A stretch of DNA of 62,879 bases, filler included, from Globobulimina sp. (GCA_003354225.1; 41 parts of 41 records of this genome joined end to end with filler, not necessarily neighbours in it), one strand, 5' to 3'; shown: positions 1-12,196, counted from the first letter of the whole stretch. The notes: generated from the letters alone by a model not told the origin. A program made the numbers and translations.

Positions 1-1222
1 AGCTACATTTGTTTGAATATCATCCTCATTTTCCAGGTCAATGCGCGGTGAATCTGCGGATAACAATATTTTTCGAACAACTTGAACTGTCAAAAACGTT
101 TTTTGTGGCTTACAACTCCGAAATTATAAATATATTTTACTTAACAATTCCATGTGTTTTTGCACAATTTTGTGCCATTTTTGTTCTTTAAATGTGGACA
201 TTTCAACGCTTTTTTACCATCTTTAAATTGTGCGTCGGCGTAGGCGAATAAAGATTCTTTGGGCATTCCGTGACCACATTGCATTTGAATACAATTATGA
301 TCGATATCAAATGTATAAATATCTAAGTCGGTCATGCGTTTGATTTCAAATTGTTTACAAAATGTATTTATGCGTTGACGGAGAGGTTTGGATTTATCTT
401 TTAATACATTATTAATACCACGATTACCACCATGGGAACCATGCGGTGGTGGTACTAAATTGCTTGGTTTTCGTGGTGAATTATTGTCAATGCCGCTGAT
501 GCCACCACTATTTCTGCCATTTGGTAAGGTTGAAGATGCTCTAATTCTGTTTCTCCGATTAGCTGCATTTCGCGCAGTAGGCAATGCAGAATTATTTCGC
601 GTCCGCACACGATTATTATTGCGATTGTTGCGCGTCGAATTGGTTCGGTTATTATTGCGACGTGATGCTGGTTTGGGTTTTGTTGCCTTTTTCGTTGGTG
701 GTGTCTCAGAAATACATAATAATAAACATGAATGATTCTCAATGCCGTAGTAACTGATGGCTGCGTCTTGATTGGTCAATGTGCAGTTATTATACATCAA
801 TAATCTGTGTAAGGACAAACAACCGATATCAGAGCGAGAATATATATATTTATTGCACATTACATACAATTTGCTCGTGAGCGGTATTTTGTATTTTGCA
901 GCGATGTATGATTTTAATTCAGATACTTTAAACTGTGTGGATTGATATGTATGCGAATAGAGCGTGATTCGACTCCTTTTAAACTATATATATCATTAAC
1001 AGATAATTTATTCTTTTTGTGTTTAATTTGCGGCTTTGGCTGTGATTGGGATCGCCCTCTGCCCATATCTTGCATTCCACCAATGGCTCCAATATCAGAC
1101 AATATTAAATCATCCATCTCAGTCTCTTTCGAGTCATCTTTGCCATCATCCATTTCCTCCTTTTTTTCCTCGCTAAATTGTGCAACTTTGAACGTTGAGC
1201 TCTGTGCTAAAGACATGTGCAT
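1..1222 (-). CDS. Ubiquitin-like domain + RING-like (RBR/IBR-associated type) putative E3 ligase, 3' partial
   Basis: Ubl-like segment FKVSELKSYIAAKYKIPLTSKL/LLMYNNCTLTNQDAAISYYGIENHSCLLL and RING-like MQCGHGMPKESLFAY...KCP...KLCKNTWN/FQVVRKILL. Frame-preserving GT-AG introns at 805-867 and 87-145; one apparent frameshift near 925-945. Confidence 0.55.
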
Positions 1223-1437
1223 TTTAAATTGTTTGTTCTTCTTTGAATAATTCGTGGCAGCCTGCTTAGCCAGACTCGCAAATATTGATATAGTTGATGC
1301 GTTTTTCAAGGAAAAAGTATAATAAACTCTGCCGAAATAACTAAACATATTATAAATTATAATAAGACAGATAATATCCATTATAAATAACAACATAATA
1401 TAATATCGATTTATCCAAAAGTGCAACTTTATATAAT

Positions 1438-1537
1438 NNNNNNNNNNNNNNNNNNNNNNNNNNNNNNNNNNNNNNNNNNNNTTAATTAATTAANNNNNNN
1501 NNNNNNNNNNNNNNNNNNNNNNNNNNNNNNNNNNNNN
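1438..1537. other. Artificial contig-joining linker (first of 40)
   Basis: 44 N + TTAATTAATTAA (stops in all six frames) + 44 N recurs every 1535-1537 nt. Contig lengths step down 1437/1436/1435, indicating a size-sorted concatenation. Confidence 0.99.
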
Positions 1538-1792
1538 ATTACATGTACAACTCAAAAACCATCTAAGTCCAGTAAATGTAGCTGAGTCTGAATGTAGCTG
1601 AGTCTGATAAGATAATTAGCGTCATAATTTCATAATTGAAGAAAAGCCTCACTGCCAAATTGGCAATTACTCATCAATTTCGAATTCGATCCTGGTTCCA
1701 TTGTGATTGTGTTTTGTATAATTGATTGATGCCTATTCCAAGGCCAATCACCATGCAGCAAATACCTCTAATAACGTACAACACCACACAGC

Positions 1793-2974
1793 ATGAAATT
1801 TGATTATGAAATGGGGTTTCAAGTGGTTGACATCATTTTTCTTAAAGCTCAGAAAATGAGTGAAAATTACAAGTGTGTGATGCTTCCGTCTTTAGCGAGG
1901 TCCTCAGCTATTGATTCATATAAACATAAAGCAACAACAAAGTATGACTCGTATGTTTGGAGTATTCCATCAATGTCATGTTATGAAAAGGCAATATTAT
2001 GTGATGGTTATGTGAAACGGAATTATAATAAATATGTTACCACAGCAATAATTGAATTATTTGCCTATTATTACACAAACGATGATTTTGGATTTGCTGA
2101 TATAATAAACGCAAAACATAAACAAAAATTTGTAAGCCCAATTTTTGCAATTAAAAATTTTAAGTTTTACCTGGAGATTTACCCAAACGGCTCCAATTCA
2201 GCAACTAAAGGAGAGGTGATATTATATATTTGTTTAGCAATGCTACCAACAAAATTATCAAAGATAACTGCTCAGTTTCAGCTGACATTAAAACAAACTA
2301 ATACTATCTACAGAGATGTTGCTGCATTTTCATCTGATGACTCCTACGGAGGATGGCCGCGACACACTTTGCCATTAACTAATTTAATTAACGCCACATC
2401 GGATAAACTGCAATTTATATTGGACATGAATATTATCAATGTTTTCGATCAAACACAAAACATTATCCCAAATTATATTGATAAATGCAATATTTATCAA
2501 ACAACTACAAATATTAAATATTTACCAGTCATGACCTATCATTGGAACATAAGTGACAAAGAATCAATGAGTCAGCTGAAAAAGGCAAGAGTTTGTCAAC
2601 AATTCAATGGGCCATTGGCGTTGGCAAAGATTAAATCTTTAGGTTGGTATTTGCGGTTTTATCCAAACGGTGCCAGCAATAAAAATGCAGGCAAAATGTA
2701 TATTGGTTTAAAAGTATTATATTGGCCATCAAATTTATCTAAAATGTTGGTACAATGCAAACTAACGCTGAATCAACTAAAAATATCAAAATCAGGACCA
2801 AAGTGTTTCGATACAACACATTTATCATTGAGTTGGAATACCACTCAAATGGCTGACGTTTTGCAGAATTTATCTCATATATCGTTTACAATGCAATTAA
2901 AGATTGTTGATATGTTAGATCAAGATGGAATAAGTATTATCAATGATTATATTGATCAACATCAGTTCAGATAT
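1793..2974 (+). CDS. Tandem MATH/TRAF-domain protein, 3' partial
   Basis: Two MATH-like units: FVSPIFAIKNFKFYLEIYPNG...VILYICL and GWYLRFYPNG...MYIGLKV. Confidence 0.8.
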
Positions 2975-3315
2975 NNNNNNNNNNNNNNNNNNNNNNNNNN
3001 NNNNNNNNNNNNNNNNNNTTAATTAATTAANNNNNNNNNNNNNNNNNNNNNNNNNNNNNNNNNNNNNNNNNNNNATCTCTTCTTCACTCAATTCATCTAA
3101 TTGTTCAATTCTTTCTGGAATACTTAAGTTTAAATCCATTTTGTGTTTAACTAAGTTAATTTTGCGATGAATTGCGACTCAACTGTTGCGTTTACACGCA
3201 ATTATGGGCTTCAGAACAGCTGCACACAACATGTATAAATAATAGTTATTATTTTAGTGTCACAATTTTTTTGCTTCAAAAAAACTCAAACTTAATGCAG
3301 TCATTGGATAAATAA

Positions 3316-4511
3316 ATGCATCAACATCAACCTCTGTCACAACAAGACTCCTATTCTGAAGACGGCAGAGTATCATCACAAAATTCTATACGTTCCGAGA
3401 ACCAACACTTTCTCACCCATACTTCACGAAGTTCATCCAGATCCACTTTGGAAATTGGACTAAACAATTTTCAGAACACTCAATCTCCTGCAAATCCATT
3501 AAACGTATGATCGACTTTCAAATCACTACCTCAAAACAAAAACACTTTTATATACATATTTTCATTATATTATAGAGTAATAATAAGAAACCAATGAGCA
3601 ATGCTAAGCCTCCCGTCATTCACATCAATGGTAAGACCACAGAAATACAATTATCATCAGACAATTGCAAGAAACCAACAAAACAAAACAAACGCAATGG
3701 ATTGTGCAATGAACCAGAAACTGAATCTACACAAACACCCACAAACAATGACTTATTACCCCCACAATATACAATGTCCTCTGAGAGAGTGGATGAGTTT
3801 TCTGGTTTACCCGTACCAAATCTCAATAAAAAGAGTTAAAAAATATATACACATATCTCTGGCTGATTTAACCGCAAATTCGCAAAAATAATTTCAGTGA
3901 AAATAGACTCAACATCCAATGTAACCATAACTTCATCCATCAAAAGTGAGGAATATTCGCCTGGCGATGGCTACAGCAGACAAACTACAAATAAATCTGT
4001 AGATTCATCCGCAGTCATAAAGCCATCTGAAGTTAAAAAAAGAGCAGAGACCAATGATAAAAATATAGTATCTGCATCATCGACACCCGCAACATCGAAA
4101 AGAAATATGTTTGCAGATATATTAGTTGGTCTCGATGATGCATTGTTAAAAACATATCCATTGAAAGAAAATAAATCTAAACCAACTGTACGTAGTGTAA
4201 ATATTAATAATATTAATACCGACAAGGAGATAACATTAAAAACAGCCGCTATTTCAAAACGCAACAAAAACTATAAAAAAAGTAAACAAAAAGTAAACAA
4301 ATGCAACAAATGTACACAAATCTACACAAACTGTATTAAGCGATACATACAATGCGCAGAAAACAGTTCATTTTGCAAGAAATTCAAACGTTTTCAATAT
4401 TACGGCAGAGAATATGTGACAACCAGTGCAGTATTCAGATATTTTATATTGTTATGTATTCTCGCAAACTGTATATTCATTGCATTGGAAGACCCCACAG
4501 GCGACGATCAC
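3316..4511 (+). CDS. Voltage-gated Ca2+/Na+ channel alpha subunit, N-terminus to domain I S1, partial
   Basis: S1 helix VFRYFILLCILANCIFIALEDP. In-frame introns 3505-3575 and 3835-3897 join the three listed ORFs. Confidence 0.75.
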
Positions 4512-4824
4512 NNNNNNNNNNNNNNNNNNNNNNNNNNNNNNNNNNNNNNNNNNNNTTAATTAATTAANNNNNNNNNNNNNNNNNNNNNNNNNNNNNNNNN
4601 NNNNNNNNNNNCAAAAAAACACAAACTGTCATGCTGCGGAAAACAAATTAGAATCACACAGTGTATCAAGGCCTCAGGTCACACTTAGAATTGTACATAA
4701 CTTCGATTTCCCGCGCTTGATCCTCATAATTCTGCCCACCAAACACAGCAAACGATCTTATCCACGTATCTCTGGTCATCTTATTGTTACAGAGCCACAC
4801 ATTCACAACATACACACACACAAC

Positions 4825-6048
4825 TTATGCTATCTTATGCTTATTACATACTTTATAAACTTGCTCATCGATTTGTATGGTTAGCTCCCGCGTCGGAGCC
4901 ATGATCAGCGCCAACGGCAAAGCGCAGGCGGTCTTACCTGCGAAGAAGACGCGGCTGACCTCCCCATTCAGCAGCAACTGCGCGATGAGCGGCAGCAAGA
5001 AGGCCAAGGTCTTGCCGCTCCCCGTCTGCGCACAGGCCATCACGTCGCGGTTCTGCAGCAAAATCGGAAGGCAATGTTTCTGGATTGGAGTGGGTTTAGA
5101 AAAATGTTCACGCGTCAGATTGTTTAATAACTGCTGCGTACATAAGGAGGCGGACAGACAATCTGCGAACAGTGTGATGGGGGATGGGATGTCATCGCCT
5201 TTGACGGAGACATCATCGTTGGCGAATTTGTCGTAGTTTACATTCTTTCTCTGTTCAATGCTTTTTTTATCGATGTAATCATCAGATCCATCGTCCTCAT
5301 CATCCTCATCATCGTTCATATCAATATCAATGTCGTTAGTGTTGCTGTTGTGGTTCTCGTTAGTTGTGTCCTCGTCGCGTGCCGCTAATAATAATGCATG
5401 AATACCGGCGGAATCCTCTTCCGGTTCCGGTTGCTGTTGCTCTTCCTCTTGGCCCTCTACTTCTGTTTCTGTTTCTTCTTTTTGTTGGGTTTCTTCTTTT
5501 TGCTCTGTTTGCTCGTCATTGGTTATGACATTGCTGTTTGTCGGCTGAGGATCTGGTTCATTGTCGTCTGTTTTATCATTGTTTTGTGGGATGTTATCAT
5601 CGATGGGTTCATTGTTGTTGTCTGTGAGTAACTTTTGTGTACTGTCGTTTGCTTTATCTGTCTCAGTAAAGTCAGTATACGTAATCTCACACACATTCTC
5701 ACTCTCATTCTCATTCACATTGACTGGCTCAGCTTCCTTTTGTTTTGATATTACAGTGTCAATTTGTTGTGTGTTTGCACTGACAGTTCCACCTTGTTGT
5801 TGGTTCTCTGTTATGCATTCATTTTTGGGTTTGGATTTGGTGCGATTTCTACTACGGCTTCTACTTCTTTTTTTGCTGCTATATCTGTCTCTGTCTCTAT
5901 CCCTGCCCCTATCACGTGAATAATTTCGATATCGCCGGTCTCTGTCCCTAGCTCTATCCCTGTCTCTGTCTCTAGACCGTCTGTCTTTATATCTATCCCT
6001 ATCTCTGTCTCTGTCCCTATCCCTATACCTTCTATCTTTCCCATGTCT
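4825..6048 (-). CDS. DEAD-box RNA helicase (DDX3/Ded1-like) with RD/RS-rich N-terminus, partial
   Basis: Q motif FSKPTPIQ, motif I AQTGSGKT, motif Ia APTREL. The frame is open from the contig edge through RDRDRD repeats; probable intron donor near 4851. Confidence 0.9.
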   Translation of the reverse strand, partial: RHGKDRRYRDRDRDRDRDRYKDRRSRDRDRDRARDRDRRYRNYSRDRGRDRDRDRYSSKKRSRSRSRNRTKSKPKNECITENQQQGGTVSANTQQIDTVISKQKEAEPVNVNENESENVCEITYTDFTETDKANDSTQKLLTDNNNEPIDDNIPQNNDKTDDNEPDPQPTNSNVITNDEQTEQKEETQQKEETETEVEGQEEEQQQPEPEEDSAGIHALLLAARDEDTTNENHNSNTNDIDIDMNDDEDDEDDGSDDYIDKKSIEQRKNVNYDKFANDDVSVKGDDIPSPITLFADCLSASLCTQQLLNNLTREHFSKPTPIQKHCLPILLQNRDVMACAQTGSGKTLAFLLPLIAQLLLNGEVSRVFFAGKTACALPLALIMAPTRELTIQIDEQVYKVCNKHKIA

Positions 6049-6148
6049 NNNNNNNNNNNNNNNNNNNNNNNNNNNNNNNNNNNNNNNNNNNNTTAATTAA
6101 TTAANNNNNNNNNNNNNNNNNNNNNNNNNNNNNNNNNNNNNNNNNNNN

Positions 6149-7585
6149 GACAATGAACCACAACATACAGACTCACCGCCCAGATTAAGGAACAAAACCA
6201 TCGCAATCTCGTTGCATAAAATTGGCACTATAACACCGCTTATTTTTTTTATAAACACTGACTTATCGCATGAATTTATCGGAATAGTCGCTGACCCCAT
6301 TAATAGTCATCAAACCACATCAGAAACGACACCGAGATTCACACACGACATATCCGGTACTGCTGCGAGACAAAATGTATCCAGCAATGCGAGTACCGGT
6401 ACACGTCCACGCTCCCATTCACATTCACAAAATATAAGCAATCGAACAGAGCCTGGTATGCATGATTCATTTATTTTATATTTGCACGCGATTTTCAATT
6501 TGCATGTTTTTTATTCAAAAAAAAGGTGCTGATTGGAAGTTATTGTTATCTCTAATCGGCTTGGCAGTATGTACAATAACAGTGATTCTAGGAAGTATTT
6601 TGTTTTTATTGAGCGATAATAAACGAATACAACAATTTAATCAACATGCTGCGGGATGTATATTATGCTGCGAAATAGCGCAAATTAGCGATACTAATAA
6701 ATTTATTAATTATAATTCCAATTCAGAGCTGGAAGAACCTGACAGTCAGAGTCATAGCATTAGCTTTGTATCGACCACATCGAACAGATCCAGCACAAAT
6801 ACCATTATTCCCTACAAAGAGGGCGTGAATAATGTGACTTGCGAGGGCGAAATTGGCACTTGGACCAGAGGGGAATTGTTAGGCAGTGGCAGTTTTGGAC
6901 ATGTTTGGCTAGCTATCGATCATCGGAGAGGCAGAATGTTTGCAGTCAAACAAGTGAGAATGGTGCAATTCCACCAAAGCAGCAGAACCCTGGAAAAGGT
7001 AAAACAATTAGAAAATGAGATACGTACTGTTTCGAGATTACATCATAAAAATATAGTGCAGTATCTCGGCTCCTGCAGAACGCCAACAATGATGAACATA
7101 TATTTAGAATTTGTGCCCGCCGGATCTATTGAAAACTTAATACGATTACATGGCCGATTGGATTGCGACTTATGTTGAGTTGTCCTTGTCAACGTGTACA
7201 TTTTTTTATTATTTGTTTTTAAAATAAATATAAATCAATAAATAAGTGCAAGAGTTAAGCCATGATGTATTGGCAGGGTTAGCTTTTCTGCATTCTCGGA
7301 ACATCGTACATCGGGATGTAAAAGGAGCCAATATATTGCTCGATCATAATGGGACCTGTAAACTGGCAGATTTTGGGGGCTCGCGGGAATTAATGAATTC
7401 AACGTCAGGTAATGCAGCAAAATCGATTCATGGAACTATCAACTGGATGGTATGAATTTATATGTATGGTACTTATGGGTATAATAACATACTAGTATTT
7501 TGCAACAGGCACCGGAGGTTATCAAGCAATTAGGCCATGACAAAGCAGCTGATGTGTGGAGGTATGCAATATATGGAATATGTTA
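6149..7585 (+). CDS. STE11/MEKK-type (MAP3K) Ser/Thr kinase preceded by a transmembrane helix, partial
   Basis: [44 protein letters not shown]. Introns at 6456-6525, 7174-7246 and 7450-7508. Hydrophobic segment [24 protein letters not shown]. Confidence 0.9.
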
Positions 7586-7796
7586 NNNNNNNNNNNNNNN
7601 NNNNNNNNNNNNNNNNNNNNNNNNNNNNNTTAATTAATTAANNNNNNNNNNNNNNNNNNNNNNNNNNNNNNNNNNNNNNNNNNNNTTCTTCTTGACCAAT
7701 TACAACATTAGTAAAATTACAGTTAATAAGCAAAATTACACCTAATAGCCAAAGTCTCTAATTGATCATCACCCAATAATATCCATTCAAATGTCA

Positions 7797-8720
7797 TTAC
7801 AAACATCGTTGTAAATATATACCCAAAGAGCAAGCAGCAATGTTAAGTCTCCCTCCATCCAAAGCCATCATCGCGTATTTAAATCCAGCGTTTTCTTTGC
7901 CGATAATGAAAGATTTATGAATGCGGACGTTATCAAAGTAAACTGTCGCAGTGGGCGAGCCATTCCAACCCATTTTAATTTCATTCTCCCCAAAGGCTAT
8001 ATTCTCTTTATGCTCCTCAAACGGTATCATAAAGCAGGTAATGCCCTTAGTATTATCCACATTGCTGTCCGTCCGTACCATTGTAAAGTATAAATCGTGT
8101 TTGCCGCCACCTGAAATAAATGCTTTCGCTCCGTTGATAATATAATAATCGCCATCCTTTTTAGCACTGGTTTTCAAAGCTGCTGCGTCTGAGCCACAAT
8201 GCGGCTCAGTTAAACAGTACGAACCCATCAAATCACAGCTGAGCATCTTTGGTAAATATTCTTGCGTCAAATCTTTGTCAGTGTTTAATACATCCAACAT
8301 CCATGCTGTCATATTATGGATTGTGATCAAAGAAGTCGTAGAGATACAGCCCTGGCTCAAGATTTCGAATATCAATGTTGTGTCATGGCGGGAGAGGCCT
8401 AATCCACCGTTTTCCTCTGAGACGTATAAGCCACCGAAGCCTAATTGTCCGGCTTTCCTGATGGTATCATAGGACACACATTTATCTCTATCCCATTGTG
8501 CTGCGTACGGTTTTAGTTCAGAGTTTGTAAAATCCAATGCTAAGGTTTGGAATTCTATTTGTAAGTCATCTAAACCGCCATGCAATGAGGAGGAGAGGGA
8601 TGTTAGTGTCGGCCAGGATGTCTGGGGGTGCGTTTCTTGTGTTGTTGTAAATGCGAGTTTCGATGGATATTTGTAGCGTGTTGGTTTGGATGATGATAAG
8701 CGACGCACACTGGACAGCAT
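7797..8720 (-). CDS. ACAD8: Mitochondrial acyl-CoA dehydrogenase (isobutyryl-CoA dehydrogenase-like), 3' partial
   Basis: SYCLTEPHCGSDAAAL, NGAKAFISGGG, KMGWNGSPT, ALDGGRLNIAACSLG; R/S-rich transit peptide. Confidence 0.85.
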   Translation of the reverse strand: MLSSVRRLSSSKPTRYKYPSKLAFTTTQETHPQTSWPTLTSLSSSLHGGLDDLQIEFQTLALDFTNSELKPYAAQWDRDKCVSYDTIRKAGQLGFGGLYVSEENGGLGLSRHDTTLIFEILSQGCISTTSLITIHNMTAWMLDVLNTDKDLTQEYLPKMLSCDLMGSYCLTEPHCGSDAAALKTSAKKDGDYYIINGAKAFISGGGKHDLYFTMVRTDSNVDNTKGITCFMIPFEEHKENIAFGENEIKMGWNGSPTATVYFDNVRIHKSFIIGKENAGFKYAMMALDGGRLNIAACSLGIYLQRCL

Positions 8721-8834
8721 GATTCGAACTGATGATTATAAGTAAGACTTTTTGAAAAGTTTTTTTTTAAAAGGAGAAGCTAATCCAAATTAAGACAGAA
8801 ATAACTTATTCCGCTGCAGCTGCATCACAAAAAC

Positions 8835-9122
8835 ATGGCACGAGAGCTTAAGGTTACCAAAGGGAAATTAGGGAATTGGGTCCAAAATAAACCAATACCG
8901 CATTATATAAATTACACTTCGCAATCAGAACAATCTGACGATTTTCAGAATACGCGAAAGTTATTTGACAAGCACCATTGTATTGTTTTAAAATTAAATG
9001 TCAAATCATCTCCATCATCACAACAAGTAGTTTCTGATGGCAATGTTGAAACAGCTGGACCGATGGCTGCCAGCATTGAACCAAGTTCTGTGGATGACGT
9101 AAGTTCTGTGAACGAAATGCAC
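8835..9122 (+). CDS. Hypothetical protein, 5' fragment, divergent from ACAD8
   Basis: ATG in AAACATGG context; frame open to the contig end. Confidence 0.45.
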
Positions 9123-9520
9123 NNNNNNNNNNNNNNNNNNNNNNNNNNNNNNNNNNNNNNNNNNNNTTAATTAATTAANNNNNNNNNNNNNNNNNNNNNN
9201 NNNNNNNNNNNNNNNNNNNNNNGAATCACTGCGAATTAAAAGCTTAAAGTAGAGCGTCTGTCTAGCTTTGTACCAATTATATACAGTACTTGTTTTAGAT
9301 TTATTGTATGATGTAAGTATATGGCTAAACTGAATGCCATCAATACCATTAATTGAGCACGTAACGTATCAAATGTTTTATCTCGCCTAGATTTCACGAT
9401 CAGTGGTGTTTTTGTTGTGTTTGGTGCAATTAAGGCTGTTTCGTATGTATTGTCTTTGGTGGCATCTGCCTTAATAATTACCTCTGTTTTAACTTCTTTT
9501 AATTCAACCACCTCAAGACT

Positions 9521-10659
9521 TTGATTATTCACCTCCTGAGATACCAATGGTTTCCGCATTGTACCCAAGACCTCAAAACGTTTTTTGTCTTGTCGTGGAT
9601 CCCATTTTTTATCATGGTCTCTTGCCCTCAAATAGCTTGTGCTGTTCTAGTGTTCCTTATTGCATTCATATTAAATGCATTGTATCAAGTCGGTGAATTT
9701 GCCATCATATACCCCAAAAATGTCCGACACTGTCGTCGCATCGAAGGTTATCACGGATGTGAAGACTTTGCATATTTTTCAAATAAAAATGTGTATATGT
9801 CCTGTGATGATCGTTCGTGGCTTAAATACCATGCACCTGCACAACAACAAAATATCTCAACACGCATTGCCCAACAAAAAGAACAAGGAAACATTTATCT
9901 CCTTCCCTACAACAATTATGACAAAGTATGTCAATAAAATTAAAAACAAAAAAACATACTCCGTACAAACACATAAATACATTACGCAGCCCAAAGCAGT
10001 AAAAATTACAGGTTCTGCATCTGCTGATTTCCATCCATTAGGCATTGCATCATTGGAAGACGAGTCAGGAAAATGGTTATTTGTGACAAACAATGAAAGA
10101 GATGGTGAAACAGTACAGATATTCCGTGTAATATATGATGAAATTGAGTTATTTTCTCAGCTTACTTTTGATTATCCGACATTTGAACCTTTCCAAATGT
10201 TAAATGATATCATAGCCATCCCCAATACCGGCGGCTCCTTCTATGTCACGGTATGGCTCGTTAAGGAACCTGGGACAATATGGAATTTTATTGATGTTTA
10301 TTTCAAACGGCCAGTGTCATACGTTTTATTTTGCGAATCTCCGTCAAAACAGTTTTTAAATGGGGCTACACGGAAAAGTGCAAAGGATAAAATCGCATTT
10401 GGTTGGAAGTGTCGGAGAGTGGCGGAAGGCTTGAAAATGATAAATGGCATAACTCAGTCACCCGATTCAAAGAGAATATATATGGCGGAAACTGTTGGTA
10501 AAACAATGAATATTTATGATCGGAATGTAGACTCAAATGAGTTGGTATTGGACAAAAAGATTGATACATTTTCTGGGTGTGACAATTTGGAAATGTCACA
10601 AGATGGAAAAACTGTTTATTTAGGATGTCATCCCAAAGCGTTAACGTTTCAGTTTCATG
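9521..10659 (+). CDS. Paraoxonase/arylesterase (six-bladed beta-propeller), partial
   Basis: GCEDF, FHPLGI, LNDI, NGITQSPD, GCDNL, GCHPK; intron 9926-9989. The 5' exon structure is unresolved. Confidence 0.85.
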
Positions 10660-10759
10660 NNNNNNNNNNNNNNNNNNNNNNNNNNNNNNNNNNNNNNNNN
10701 NNNTTAATTAATTAANNNNNNNNNNNNNNNNNNNNNNNNNNNNNNNNNNNNNNNNNNNN

Positions 10760-11253
10760 AAAATCAATGATCGTAAAATCGGACTGCGTTATAAATAAAC
10801 CCAAAGAAACGGAAGGATTGAAGTGTCCGCCCCCAATATAACCAAACAAATACACTAAAATTACGAGCGCAGTGCCTATGGTTTCCACCGCAATGGCTCG
10901 GCCATGAATGGCTGCAGAATATGCCGCCAATTTGATGATGCAAACCAAGAAAAATGTTCCCAGTAACTCTGACAACAATTTCTGCAATCTCTACAAACAT
11001 TTTTTTGTGTTTTTGCAGTCAATTTCCACAAAACAGACCAACAGAATGCATAATACTCAACTTTTTCACGTAATTTCCTGTTTATAAAAAGAAATCTAAA
11101 CAGCAAACCGGCACAGACTGCGCCAAGAATATCGCCGCAAATATAAATCCACGCATACTTCCATTTGACATCACTGACATGTTCGGCACAGGCCGTGGCA
11201 GACACAATTGTACCAAACCAAACAGCGATATTCAATGCAGAGCCGGAGATTGG
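10760..11253 (-). CDS. Aquaporin/MIP fragment copy B
   Basis: PISGSALNIAVWFG...WIYICGDILGA...LREK, intron 10991-11061, then RLQKLLSELLGT...GHFNPS. Confidence 0.85.
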
Positions 11254-12196
11254 TTGTTACTAGTTGCTTTTACATTTGTTTCTGTAAAGTTTAACGCCAT
11301 GATTGCGTTCAGCTGATTTGTAGCTTGTGAAGTTTTAGCTTAATCTCAACATCTTATTTTACATCTTCTTATCACCATGTCAGCATTGCTGACACTTCAA
11401 GATCGATGCATGTCCATTGTATTTTGCTTATTACGTGGACGAAGTGTTGTTTATATGTGCATATAGCTCAAATATAGAGCACTGGCGATCGCCAGAGATA
11501 TAGGTTTAAATCATGTTGTTGCACTGGCGATAGCGCCATCAAGGTTTGTATTATATATTATATGTTATGTGTTATATGTGATTGTGATATCTTTGGCTTA
11601 TTGTGTTCACTGGTCGCAGGTCGCAGTGTGCAACACTGTATTTACTAAAAAAAATGTAAAGGCAACCTCTCCACAAAAATGTAAAGCCTGGGTCACTGTA
11701 AAAGTGTCCTTATTGTAACGCATACGAATTTGTCCAATGTCTTCACCACCGATACCGTACGCAAATAATCCGCCTAATGTGCCACCAATAATTTGCACAC
11801 ACACATAACTCAAAAAATCAATGATCGTAAAATCGGACTGCGTTATAAATAAACCCAAAGAAACGGAAGGATTGAAGTGTCCGCCCCCAATATAACCAAA
11901 CAAATACACTAAGATTACGAGCGCAGTGCCTATTGTTTCCACCGCAATGGCTCGGCCATGAATGGCTGCAGAATATGCCGCTAATTTAATAATACAAACC
12001 AAGAAAAATGTTCCCAGTAACTCTGACAACAATTTTTGCAATCTCTACAAACATTTTTTTGTGTTTTTGCAGTCAATTTCCAGAAAACAGACCAACAGAA
12101 TGCATAATACTCAACTTTTTCACGTAATTTCCTGTTTATAAAAAGAAATCTAAACAGCAAACCGGCACAGACTGCGCCAAGAATATCGCCGCAAAT
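10761..12196. repeat. Direct duplication of about 380 nt (10761-11142 vs 11815-12196; offset 1054)
   Basis: Near-identical sequence; the exonic differences seen are synonymous. Confidence 0.95.
11607..12196 (-). CDS. Aquaporin/MIP fragment copy A (end of one MIP domain spliced to the start of the next)
   Basis: ...GAVCAGLLFRFLFINRKLREK, intron 12045-12115, then RLQKLLSELLGTFFLV...GGHFNPSVSLG. Confidence 0.85.

Noticed and set aside
388-735. Many antisense or shadow ORFs in the track (e.g. 388-735, 4877-5236, 5561-5923, 50648-50984)
   Set aside because: They overlap better-supported genes on the opposite strand and reflect codon or repeat bias.
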